From an uncultured Eubacteriales bacterium (GTDB taxonomy: Bacteria > Bacillota > Clostridia > Oscillospirales > CAG-382): a DNA stretch of 64,000 nt. A program made the position numbers and the translations under genes. The stretch covers positions 19,892-83,891 of the forward strand of contig CAKSOW010000007.1 of assembly GCA_934479825.1 (NCBI GenBank). Reading direction: 5' to 3'. Below the pieces are notes generated by a model. That model saw nothing but the letters and a program-made list of their open reading frames with translations, ran no database searches and was not told the DNA's origin. Positions 48,718-57,569 of the stretch are shown here, piece by piece; position 1 is the stretch's first letter; each line of letters starts with the position of its first letter.

Positions 48718-49671
48718 ATGAAGTTTTCAACTGCTTTTAATAAAAAGGAAAAAAAGCCAAAGATCAAAAAGCCGCGTGTTGACGAAACATTAAGCAAGCG
48801 CGGAAGAAAAGAATTGCGGAAAGCCAAGCTTGTTTCCGCCGCTTTTCTTGCGCCGAGTTTTATCGGCGTTCTGGTTTTCTTTATTTTGCCGTTTTTGGTT
48901 ATCATCTATTATTCTCTTATCAATAATCCGGTTCAGAAAGAATTTGTAGGACTTGAAAATTACATCCGGCTCTTTCAGAATTATTCCTTTAAAACGGCGG
49001 CGTATAACACATTGCGGTTTTCGTTTGTCAGCGTGCCGTTAGCGGTTGTGCTGTCACTTCTTCTTGCCATGGCGCTCAACTGCAAGATCCCGATGCAGAG
49101 CAAGCTGCGTTCGTTCTTCTTATCGCCGATGATGGTGCCGGTTGCGTCCATTGTTTTGATCTGGCAGGTGCTATTCCACTACAACGGAACGGTCAACGGT
49201 TTCTTGGCACAATTCGGGGTTGAGAAGATCGACTGGATGAAATCGCCGCAGGGGATATGGGTTGTCGTACTGCTGTTCCTGTGGAAAAACTTAGGCTACA
49301 ATATGATCTTGTTTTTAGCCGCGCTCAACAACATTCCGAACGACATCTTAGAAGTGGCACGCGTGGAGGGGGCAGGACCTGTCCGACAGTTTTTCAGCAT
49401 TAAACTGCGCTACTTATCTTCAACCATTCTGTTCGTAGCAATCATGTCGCTGATCAACTCCTTTAAGATATTCCGCGAGGTGTATTTGCTTTCCGGCGAT
49501 GTGCCGTATGAAAGCCTGTACATGCTGCAACATTATATGAACAATACCTTCGCAAGCCTTGATTATCAGAAATTGTCCGCGGCTGCCATTATCATGGCCA
49601 TTGTCATGGTGCTTATTATAGGCATTCTATTCTTCGCGGACGACAAATACGGAAAGGATGTGGAGGAATGA
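48718..49671 (+). CDS. carbohydrate ABC transporter permease (MalF/UgpA-like)
   Basis: Six TM helices and an EAA-loop region (ILEVARVEGAGPVRQFFSIKLRYL). The start is uncertain: ATG at 48718 was chosen, while the track ORF starts at 48595. Confidence 0.8.
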   Translation: MKFSTAFNKKEKKPKIKKPRVDETLSKRGRKELRKAKLVSAAFLAPSFIGVLVFFILPFLVIIYYSLINNPVQKEFVGLENYIRLFQNYSFKTAAYNTLRFSFVSVPLAVVLSLLLAMALNCKIPMQSKLRSFFLSPMMVPVASIVLIWQVLFHYNGTVNGFLAQFGVEKIDWMKSPQGIWVVVLLFLWKNLGYNMILFLAALNNIPNDILEVARVEGAGPVRQFFSIKLRYLSSTILFVAIMSLINSFKIFREVYLLSGDVPYESLYMLQHYMNNTFASLDYQKLSAAAIIMAIVMVLIIGILFFADDKYGKDVEE

Positions 49672-50570
49672 GCGAGAGAAAACACTATATCCGCAAAAAA
49701 ATCGTCGCGTGGATGGCGGCGCTGCTGCTGTTACTCGTTGCATTTGCTTTCCTTGCCCCGACGATCCTTACCATATCCGGTTCGTTTTTCACCCAATCGG
49801 AGCTTAGCTCCAACTACGGTAAAATCTTTGACGGTGCCGGCAGCGGCAGTTCTTATGTCGCCGAGCAGACGAACTTGAAATTTATTCCGGATAAGGTTTC
49901 GTTCAAACAGTATTTTACGGTGCTGTTTCTCAGCCCGGAATACCTGTTCAAATTCTGGAACTCCGTCAAATACACAGTGCCGATCATGGCGTTTCAGACG
50001 GTCGTTGCGTGTCTTGCCGCGTATGGATTGACGCGTTACCGCTCCAAGGGACGGGAAATCGTACTGTTTGTGTATATCATCTTAATGTTAATGCCCTATC
50101 AGGTAACGCTTGTACCGAACCGATTGGTGGCGGAATGGCTGCATATCTACGGAACGTCATGGGCCGTTATTCTGCCGGGTATCTTTTCACCGTTTGCGGT
50201 GTTCTTGCTTACCAAATCCATGCGGCGTGTACCGACAGCCGTTGTGGAGGCGGCACGGCTCGACGGATGTAACGAGTGGCAGATATTCTTTAAGATCTAC
50301 CTGCCGTTATGCAAAAACATTGTATATTCCGTTATGATCCTTGTGTTTATCGACTATTGGAACATGGTTGAACAGCCGCTCATCCTGCTTGGCAGTGAAC
50401 ATGAGGATATGTATCCGCTTTCGATTTTCCTCTCCAAAATCAACGGCGGGGAAGTCGGCATCGCTTTTGCGGTGGCGGTCATTTATATGATACCAACGCT
50501 TTTGATGTTCCTGTATGGAGAGCAGTATCTTGTGGAAGGTATTGCCAATTCCGGAAGCGTTAAAGGTTAA
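49668..50570 (+). CDS. carbohydrate ABC transporter permease (MalG/UgpE-like)
   Basis: EAA-loop (VVEAARLDGCNEWQIFFKIYLPL) and six TM helices. Translationally coupled to the preceding gene by an overlapping ATGA. Confidence 0.85.
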   Translation: MSERKHYIRKKIVAWMAALLLLLVAFAFLAPTILTISGSFFTQSELSSNYGKIFDGAGSGSSYVAEQTNLKFIPDKVSFKQYFTVLFLSPEYLFKFWNSVKYTVPIMAFQTVVACLAAYGLTRYRSKGREIVLFVYIILMLMPYQVTLVPNRLVAEWLHIYGTSWAVILPGIFSPFAVFLLTKSMRRVPTAVVEAARLDGCNEWQIFFKIYLPLCKNIVYSVMILVFIDYWNMVEQPLILLGSEHEDMYPLSIFLSKINGGEVGIAFAVAVIYMIPTLLMFLYGEQYLVEGIANSGSVKG

Positions 50571-50633
50571 AACACGTTTATTTTATCACATACCACATAA
50601 CCGGCAGATTTTGTTTGCCGAAGGAGGACAAAC

Positions 50634-52922
50634 ATGGGAGAAAAAAAGATCAACCGCGAATGGGTCAAAACCTTCGCTATTATATTTTTGGCAGTTCTTT
50701 TGGTACTTACATTCTTTTCCAATACCATTATGAACATGACATTGCCGGAGGTTTCGACCGAATACATTCAGTACGGCTCGATTAAGACGCAGGTGCGCGG
50801 TTCGGGAACGATTACCGCGTCGGACAATTACAGCGTCACCATCCCGACTACACGTGAAATTTTAAAAGTTGCCGTCAGCAAAGGTACACAGGTTCAAAAA
50901 GGCGATGTGTTGTTTCTTCTTGCAGAGGGCGACAGCGACGAATTGGAAGCGGCAAAGACCAATTACGATAACCTGAATTATGAGTATGCGAAAATGTTGC
51001 TCGATTCGGCCAATAACGACGATTTTGCCGATAAGCGGCTCGCCATTGAACAGCAGAAAGAGGACTTGAACGACGCGAAAACCAAGCTTGCCGGTTTTTC
51101 CGAAACACAAAAAGCCATTGAGCTTGCCAAATTGGATGTCCGCGCTGCCGAAAAGGCTGTGACGCTCAAACAAAATCAGATTTCGGAATTGGAAAGCGAA
51201 AAGACCGCAATCGGCTACACCCCGACCGAAGACGAAGTGCTGACCGGCAAGGACAACAGCGTTTCCTACGACCAATATGCCAATGCCACCAAACAGCTTG
51301 ACGCGGCTGAGGAAAAGATCGATTCCGCCAAAGCGGAACTCACAAAGCTCCAAGCCGAACAGAACACCGTCAAGAATACCTACGATAAGGTCAAGCGCGA
51401 ATACGACGAGATCAACGGCAAGATCGAAACTCCGCTTGCTACTCTTGAAAAAGAAATTGAAACGTCCGACCGCAATATTGAATCCCTCGATAACGATTTA
51501 AAGTATCTCAAGCAGGAATTCTATAACCAGACGACCAACAGCAACCTTGAAAAAGCCTATGACGATTATAAGGACGAACAGGATAAATATCGCAAGGCCA
51601 AGAGAAAATTGGATAACCTGCGTTCCAGCGGCACGGCTACCGCAGAAGAGATTGCCAAGGCCGAACAGGAATACAAAGCGGCAATGGATCGTGTTGACAG
51701 CGCATATGACTACTACGAATCCATTCTTACCGATGAAAAGAACAGTGCAGACGCAATCGAAAAGAACCTTGCCGCCAAGGAAACCGAATTGAAGTATGCG
51801 CTCAAAGACAATACCGATTTAAAGGCGAAATTGGAAGAAACCAAAGAACTTGACAAGCAGTTGAAGTCCAAGAAAACGGAATTGGATAAAGCCGAAACTG
51901 CCTATAACAGCGCAACCGACAAGGCAAATGCGGCACAGACTACCTATGACAATGCCGTGGCGGACAAAGAAGTGCTCTCCAAGAGCCTTGAAAAGGTCAG
52001 AAACGGTTATAAGTACGTCAAGTACAAGGATTACGAAGACCGTATCGAAGCCGAGAAAACCAACCTCGAAAATCTCAATATTGCACTTGACAACGAAAAA
52101 GAAAAACTCTCTGATTTGCAGGCTCAAAGCTCCGACAGCGAAGAAACCCTGAAAGAACGTGTAAAGACGCTGGAACGTCAGCTTCTTACTTCAACGCGCG
52201 AATTGGAGCAGAGTATTGCCGACGCCGGCGACAAGAATAAATCGCAGGCATTGGAGCTTGAAAAGAAAAAGAAAGAAATTGACAAGGCCGCCAAAGAAAT
52301 TACCAAGCTGGAAGAAAAGTATACGTCTACTGAGGTTTTAGCACCTATTTCGGGAGAAATTGTTTCACTTAATGTAACAAGCGGACAAAAAACTCAGCCA
52401 GATACTTCATTATGTGAAATTGCTCTCGCTGAGCAAGGCTATAAGATGACTATGACGGTTACCCAAGAACAAGCAGCAAAACTTCGTATGGGTGTTCAAG
52501 CAGAGGTTACGAGTTACATTCCAGGTGGAAAGACGATAACAGCAACGCTTACTGCCATAAAAAATGATACTGCCAATCCCGGAAGCCGTCAAAAAATTCT
52601 TGAATTTAGCGTTGAAGGTGACGGAGTTAAGGTAAATGATACACTTTCGGTAGCCGTCGGCGACAAGAACGCAAGCTACGACAGCACCGTTCCCAACACG
52701 GCTATCCGCGAGGACAGCGACGGCAAGTATATCCTTATCGTTGAATCCCAGTCCACGCCGATCTCGACGCGCTATAAGGCAAAACGCGTCGCTGTCAACG
52801 TCGTTGCAAGCGACGATACCCGTTCGGCTATCTCCGGCGATTTCCAGAACTATTCGTATGTCATTGCTACATCCTCCAAACCGATCAATAACGGAGAGCA
52901 GGTGAAGCTGATTGAAAACTAA
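50634..52922 (+). CDS. HlyD/membrane-fusion-protein family adaptor with an unusually long coiled-coil insertion
   Basis: N-terminal TM helix, a lipoyl-like half (IKTQVRGSGTITA...VSKGTQVQKGDVLFLL), about 450 aa of heptad-rich E/K/A/L sequence, a second lipoyl half (VLAPISGEIVSLNV), and a beta-barrel region. Confidence 0.7.
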   Translation: MGEKKINREWVKTFAIIFLAVLLVLTFFSNTIMNMTLPEVSTEYIQYGSIKTQVRGSGTITASDNYSVTIPTTREILKVAVSKGTQVQKGDVLFLLAEGDSDELEAAKTNYDNLNYEYAKMLLDSANNDDFADKRLAIEQQKEDLNDAKTKLAGFSETQKAIELAKLDVRAAEKAVTLKQNQISELESEKTAIGYTPTEDEVLTGKDNSVSYDQYANATKQLDAAEEKIDSAKAELTKLQAEQNTVKNTYDKVKREYDEINGKIETPLATLEKEIETSDRNIESLDNDLKYLKQEFYNQTTNSNLEKAYDDYKDEQDKYRKAKRKLDNLRSSGTATAEEIAKAEQEYKAAMDRVDSAYDYYESILTDEKNSADAIEKNLAAKETELKYALKDNTDLKAKLEETKELDKQLKSKKTELDKAETAYNSATDKANAAQTTYDNAVADKEVLSKSLEKVRNGYKYVKYKDYEDRIEAEKTNLENLNIALDNEKEKLSDLQAQSSDSEETLKERVKTLERQLLTSTRELEQSIADAGDKNKSQALELEKKKKEIDKAAKEITKLEEKYTSTEVLAPISGEIVSLNVTSGQKTQPDTSLCEIALAEQGYKMTMTVTQEQAAKLRMGVQAEVTSYIPGGKTITATLTAIKNDTANPGSRQKILEFSVEGDGVKVNDTLSVAVGDKNASYDSTVPNTAIREDSDGKYILIVESQSTPISTRYKAKRVAVNVVASDDTRSAISGDFQNYSYVIATSSKPINNGEQVKLIEN

Positions 52923-53925
52923 GGCGCGCCTGATTCATCTTGTCGTTACCCTTGTTCTTGCCGCTGTGGCGGTCAGTATCGGAATCGCCATGAATGTGTA
53001 CATGAATTCGTTTGATCACGAGCAGGTCGCGAAAAACTTCTCGAAGGGCACGCGCTTTACGCAGATTACGGTCTTTGTGCCGGAAACGGCCGGGCTTACC
53101 GTCGATAAGATCATGTACTTCCGGTATAAACTGGAAACAAAGTTGACCGAAAAATCGATTACTCCGTCCAGCGACGGCGCAAGGCTCTATGCCGACGCCT
53201 TTACCTCGTTTGCCGACGCTTCGCTTTCCACGGACGGCTCGCGTTCGTCAAACGTCAAACTGGCGTATGTCGGCGGCGATTATCCGCTTTTCTATAAGGC
53301 TTACCGGGATATGCCGAATGTGGGAGGCGATATTAACCATGACCGCATTCTGCTGTCGCGCACGGCGGCATGGCAGCTGTACGGCGGCGAATCGCTGTAC
53401 GATTATCCGGTCAAAATCGGACCCGCAACTTTCTACATCAGCGGCGTGTATCCTGACTACAAGGAATCCGCATATATCAAGGATTTCTACGGCGACAAGG
53501 CGGCAGCAGCGGCCGATATCCAATCGGATGCCGCTATCAACATTACCTGCTATGACTTGATTTTAGTTGACCCGGTCAAGAATTTTGCCGTTGAAACGGT
53601 CAAGGAATGCTTGGATTTAACGGAGGGAACCTATCTTTTGGTGGAGAATTCCAAGCGGTTCTCCCTTGCCAACCTCTTCAAGACGATTCCGAAGCTGGTC
53701 AACGCGGATGAGCCGCTCCCGACCGGCGTCGATATCACACCGGAGGAAATGGCGGCACGGCATGCCGAAAAGGTGCTTGCCGTAATGCTTGTGGTATTCC
53801 TTATGTTTGCGGTGTATCCGTTTATTGGGGTATTGATTCTGCTATATCGCTTGATCCGCTTTATCAAAAAGCTGTTTGACAGGCTTGTCGTGAACAAGAT
53901 CAAGGATAAACTCTCTTATTCATAA
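52912..53925 (+). CDS. bitopic membrane protein resembling the extracytoplasmic domain of MacB/FtsX-type permeases but lacking the FtsX C-terminal TM bundle
   Basis: TM helix at each end. The central ...ILLSRTAAWQLYGGESLYDYPVKIGPATFYISGVYPD... recalls the MacB_PCD pattern. A TTG start at 52912 overlaps the upstream stop; an alternative ATG lies at 52990. Confidence 0.4.
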   Translation: MKTKARLIHLVVTLVLAAVAVSIGIAMNVYMNSFDHEQVAKNFSKGTRFTQITVFVPETAGLTVDKIMYFRYKLETKLTEKSITPSSDGARLYADAFTSFADASLSTDGSRSSNVKLAYVGGDYPLFYKAYRDMPNVGGDINHDRILLSRTAAWQLYGGESLYDYPVKIGPATFYISGVYPDYKESAYIKDFYGDKAAAAADIQSDAAINITCYDLILVDPVKNFAVETVKECLDLTEGTYLLVENSKRFSLANLFKTIPKLVNADEPLPTGVDITPEEMAARHAEKVLAVMLVVFLMFAVYPFIGVLILLYRLIRFIKKLFDRLVVNKIKDKLSYS

Positions 53926-53996
53926 TTTCGGGCAAAAACAAAACATATAAACCGAAACGAAAACGTTTCAAACAAAGAAAGGAATTGGTTATCAAC

Positions 53997-56501
53997 ATGA
54001 AGAAAAGACTTCTCAGCTTAGCGCTGGCCGCCGTTATGACGGTTTCGTCGCTTGCGCTTACCGCCTGCAATCCGAGTTCCGACGTGAGCGGAAAACCCGG
54101 AAAAGGCGCACTCACCACAAGAGATCTCACCAATATCTATAAGGCGGATTCCGTCAGCACGGTGGGGACTATCTTTGAGAATCTTCAAATCAATCAGGTC
54201 TACAAAATGAACGACGGTAAGTTGCTTGTCTGCGGCTATACCACCGAAGACTACGAAGACAAGTATTACATCACCGATATTGATTTCAAGAACGCCTCCG
54301 AAATGACTATTAAAAAGGCAGAGGGGCAGAATTCCGGAACCTACATTCAGAACGTGACGGTCAATCCGACCGACGGCTCTATCTGGTATGTCAAGAACGT
54401 CTACTCGTATTCGGACAACACGGACGGCGATATTTCCGATACAATGGAAAAATATGCGATGCCGACCGTTATCGGCGGTGCAGACGGAGCAGCCGTAGCT
54501 ATCGGTTCTGATATAGCCATTGATTCCGGCTTTGCCGTCGACGCTACCGAGGATGCCAACGCTTACTACCTTGTCAAGGTGGACGCAGAGGGCAACATCG
54601 TTTCGGAAACATATATTTCCGCTGACCTTACGGTGACCGACGAAAGCGGTAACAGCTATCAATCCTCTCCCAGCAACCTGGTGCTTGCAGGAAACAAGCT
54701 TCTTTTCTGCGTTGATACGGTTGTTAAGGTCTATAATGCAGACACTGCTACCAAAGAAAATGAATATAAGATCACCGATCAGTACATCGACAACCTGTAT
54801 GTCGGCGCTTCCGGTACGGTTTATTATGTGCTCTGGGGCGAAAACGGCCAAGAGCTTTATAAGTTTGACCCCGAAACCGGCAAGAGCGATAAGACTGAAT
54901 TTACCGGCCTTGACAATCTTTATAGCTACCAGTTCAACGCCGGAACAAACGGGTATGAGTTTATTTTGACGAATGAAGACAGCATTTTGGGTTACAATCC
55001 GGGCGATGCAGCTCCTACCGAAATTTGCAGTTACACGAATTCCGACCTGGATATGACATCCGGAAATGTCAGTGCTCCGATCTTCTTGGAGGATGGCCGT
55101 ATTCTTCTCTGTTTCTATGACTATGATACCAGCCAGAACGATGTTCTTCTTCTCTCCAAGGTCGATCCGTCTATGGTCAAGGAAAAGTATATCATTACGC
55201 TTGGCGCACGCTATATGGACTATCAGATCAAGAGAGCGCTTTTGAAGTTCAACCGCACCAGCGACGAGTATAAGGTTGTGTTCAAGGACTATTCCAAGTA
55301 CGACAATGAATCCAACAATTATAACGGTGCTTACGAAGCTCTTGATAAGGATATCCTTTCCAAGAACGATGCGCCCGATATTATTGTTGTCGATTCCTAT
55401 GGCATGGACTACAAGAGCTACATTTCCAAGGGCATTTTTGCCGACCTTGAAAAGTATATGGATGCAGACGAAACTTTCAACAAGGACGATTATCTGGCAA
55501 ACGTATTTGAAGCAGAAAAGATCAACGGTCACTTGTACACCATCTCCCCGGCTGTAAGCTTTATGACGCTTGCCGGCAAGAAATCCATTTTTGGCGACAG
55601 AACACATTGGAATATGAAAGAATTCCTTGAAATGCACCGTTCGCTTGGTGAGGGCGAGCAGATGCTTCCCGAATCGGCCAGAGACAGCTACGGTTCTGTT
55701 ATGTTGATGATTGCCGAAAACGAATTTATCGACGATAACGGCAACTGCACGTTTGACAGCGAAGAATTCAAGGATATTTTGGCTTATCTGAAAGATCTCC
55801 CGGCCGATTACACGGCATATCAGGAAAAATGGCAGAACAACGACAACTATTGGCAGGAGCAGGAGCTTTCGTACAGCAAGGGCACGACCAAGCTTTATAA
55901 CGCTTATATCTACAACTTCGATATGATTCCGGAGTTGGAGAACTATATGGGCGAAGAAGTGACGCTGATTGGTTATCCGACGGCCACCGAAGGCGCCCAG
56001 GGCGTTCTGATCCAGCCGGCTACCGAACTTGCTATCAACGCCAATTCCAAGGTAACAGCCGGTTGTTGGGAAGTTATCAAGTATTTGCTTTCCGATGAGT
56101 ACCAGAACCAGTTCTCCGGCGACCGGAGCGGAAACAGGGGATACTACGGTTCGTATCTGTTCCCGATCAAAAAGAGCATTATTGAGAAGAAGAAACAGAA
56201 CGATATTCTTCCGCAATACTACACGGACTATGACGAAAACGGCAACGAGATTCAGGTAGAACGTCCGCGTTATACGTGGATCGGCGATACGAAAGTCGAA
56301 AAGCGTAAGAGTACCGAGGAAGATGTGGCGCGTCTGTATGACATATTTACGAACGCAAACTTCTTTGTACGCGAAAACAAAGAAATTACCGATATCGTTA
56401 TGAACGAAGCTCAGCCGTATTTTGATAATCAGAAGTCGGTAGACGAAGTAGTCGGCATTATCAACAGCCGTGTTCGTCTGTATGTCAACCAACAGAGATA
56501 A
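53997..56501 (+). CDS. large lipoprotein: N-terminal beta-rich domain fused to an extracellular solute-binding (family 1-like) domain
   Basis: Lipobox LALTAC. The C-terminal ~450 aa resemble sugar-binding proteins (DIIVVDSYGMDYKSYISKGIFADLEKYM...). It is the last gene of the operon that carries the two permeases. Confidence 0.65.
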   Translation: MKKRLLSLALAAVMTVSSLALTACNPSSDVSGKPGKGALTTRDLTNIYKADSVSTVGTIFENLQINQVYKMNDGKLLVCGYTTEDYEDKYYITDIDFKNASEMTIKKAEGQNSGTYIQNVTVNPTDGSIWYVKNVYSYSDNTDGDISDTMEKYAMPTVIGGADGAAVAIGSDIAIDSGFAVDATEDANAYYLVKVDAEGNIVSETYISADLTVTDESGNSYQSSPSNLVLAGNKLLFCVDTVVKVYNADTATKENEYKITDQYIDNLYVGASGTVYYVLWGENGQELYKFDPETGKSDKTEFTGLDNLYSYQFNAGTNGYEFILTNEDSILGYNPGDAAPTEICSYTNSDLDMTSGNVSAPIFLEDGRILLCFYDYDTSQNDVLLLSKVDPSMVKEKYIITLGARYMDYQIKRALLKFNRTSDEYKVVFKDYSKYDNESNNYNGAYEALDKDILSKNDAPDIIVVDSYGMDYKSYISKGIFADLEKYMDADETFNKDDYLANVFEAEKINGHLYTISPAVSFMTLAGKKSIFGDRTHWNMKEFLEMHRSLGEGEQMLPESARDSYGSVMLMIAENEFIDDNGNCTFDSEEFKDILAYLKDLPADYTAYQEKWQNNDNYWQEQELSYSKGTTKLYNAYIYNFDMIPELENYMGEEVTLIGYPTATEGAQGVLIQPATELAINANSKVTAGCWEVIKYLLSDEYQNQFSGDRSGNRGYYGSYLFPIKKSIIEKKKQNDILPQYYTDYDENGNEIQVERPRYTWIGDTKVEKRKSTEEDVARLYDIFTNANFFVRENKEITDIVMNEAQPYFDNQKSVDEVVGIINSRVRLYVNQQR

Positions 56502-56588
56502 ATAAGTAATTTTCAAGAAAAATGCGGCTTTTTTTAAAAGAAATGCCGCGTGAAAAAGAATGCAAGGGCTGCATGCCCTTGCATTCTT

Positions 56589-56627
56589 GCCGCCCGATGG
56601 CTTGATCATCGGGCGGCTTTTTCTTTT
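56589..56627 (+). terminator. rho-independent terminator (second of two consecutive hairpins)
   Basis: Stem GCCGCCCGATG / CATCGGGCGGC followed by TTTTTCTTTT. It is preceded by the hairpin AGAATGCAAGGGC / GCCCTTGCATTCT. Confidence 0.8.
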
Positions 56628-57445
56628 CCGGAAAAGCCCGGATAGGGGCTTTTCGTTTCGCGAAAAGCATATAAGAGACGGTTTTTGTCTTACTTTTTCG
56701 CTTGTACGAAAAAGTAACCAAAAAGTACACCAGAGGTCTGCTGACCTCTGGGCTCTGGGGAACGGTTCAAAATTCCGAGCGTGGAGTTTATTTGTTAAAC
56801 CGCAAGCCGTGTGACTATCAAGGAATTTTACGGAAATTTGCAACCTTGTGCCATATAGCTCGGAGTATTTTGAACCGGCGCGAGACGGCGGTTTTACTGT
56901 GTAAGGATTTATGATTTTTTATGAAAAGGCATACTCTGATTTGGGTAGACAGCAGGTTATGTGTTTCATGAAAAGTGAGAGTTTGGTGGGAGGTTGTTTT
57001 TGAGAGGACAGAAAGCTATTATTTAGGAAAACGGAAAGTTTTGTAAGAGTGCAAAAATCCGATTTTCTACATATATACAAACCGCAGGTTTACTTCTACT
57101 CAACCCACCCCAACTTTCCATTTCCACCGCACCAAATATAACGTACAGTTTCCCTTTTAAACGATCGCTTGCGGCGGCAAGACCGCACCGCAACTTCGAT
57201 TTTCCACAAAACCCGATTCTGCGTTTGTACTACACTTCCGTTTCGCACCGGTTCAAAGCCTGAAAGCTGTTTTAGAGACAAAAAACTACAATTTTTATCA
57301 AAGGCATGCCTGTGTAGAGCTTTGAACCGCTCTCCGGGAGTCCAGAGGGCTATTTTGCAGCGGCGCTTCGCCGCCCCTCGGTCTGCTTTTGGTTACTTTT
57401 CGCAGAGGCGAAAAGTAACAGAAAAACGTCCTTTGGGAACTTGGG
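56625..57445. repeat. family 2 structured non-coding locus, copy B (reverse-complement homologue of 33255-34330)
   Basis: Manual alignment of the reverse complement with copy A. Matching blocks: 44 nt with 43 identical, 33 nt with 32 identical, and 68 nt with 60 identical. The order of architectural modules is the same in both copies. Confidence 0.85.
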
Positions 57446-57471
57446 GCACCGCCAAAAACTATAATTTCCAT

Positions 57472-57516
57472 AAAAAAAGACATGCGGTGCCACAGAGGTT
57501 CCTGTGACACCGCATG
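57472..57516 (-). terminator. rho-independent terminator of the fucosidase gene
   Basis: 15-bp stem CATGCGGTGCCACAG / CTGTGACACCGCATG, with a minus-strand T-tract (plus-strand AAAAAAAG at 57472-57479). Confidence 0.85.
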
Positions 57517-57569
57517 CCAAAACTCCAATTCTTTTGCTGCCTTTTTTAAAAGGACAAAAGCCCGTATTG

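Noticed and set aside
54018-56843. 941-aa ORF on the minus strand, the longest ORF in this part of the track
   Set aside because: It is antisense to the well-supported lipoprotein/solute-binding gene (53997-56501), which has a lipobox and recognisable domain similarity. It runs through the terminators into the repeat locus. Its sequence is low-complexity (runs of V, I, F, R, G) with no motif and no RBS. It is a shadow ORF.
57199-57207. TTTTCCACA, a one-mismatch DnaA box, plus weaker TTTTCCACC-like strings (for example the reverse complement of 33472-33480) and AT-rich stretches, raising the idea that the structured loci are oriC
   Set aside because: There is only a single good box per locus at most. 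The homologous position in copy A reads TTTTCCGCA, with two mismatches. Two diverged copies 22 kb apart are not expected for an origin. The idea needs a whole-genome GC-skew and PWM scan and is kept only as a remote alternative.
33228-57569. Composite transposon or genomic island bounded by the two inverted loci
   Set aside because: The interior carries essential core genes (rpsL, rpsG, fusA, tuf). It has no transposase, integrase or tRNA attachment site, and its GC content matches the rest of the window.
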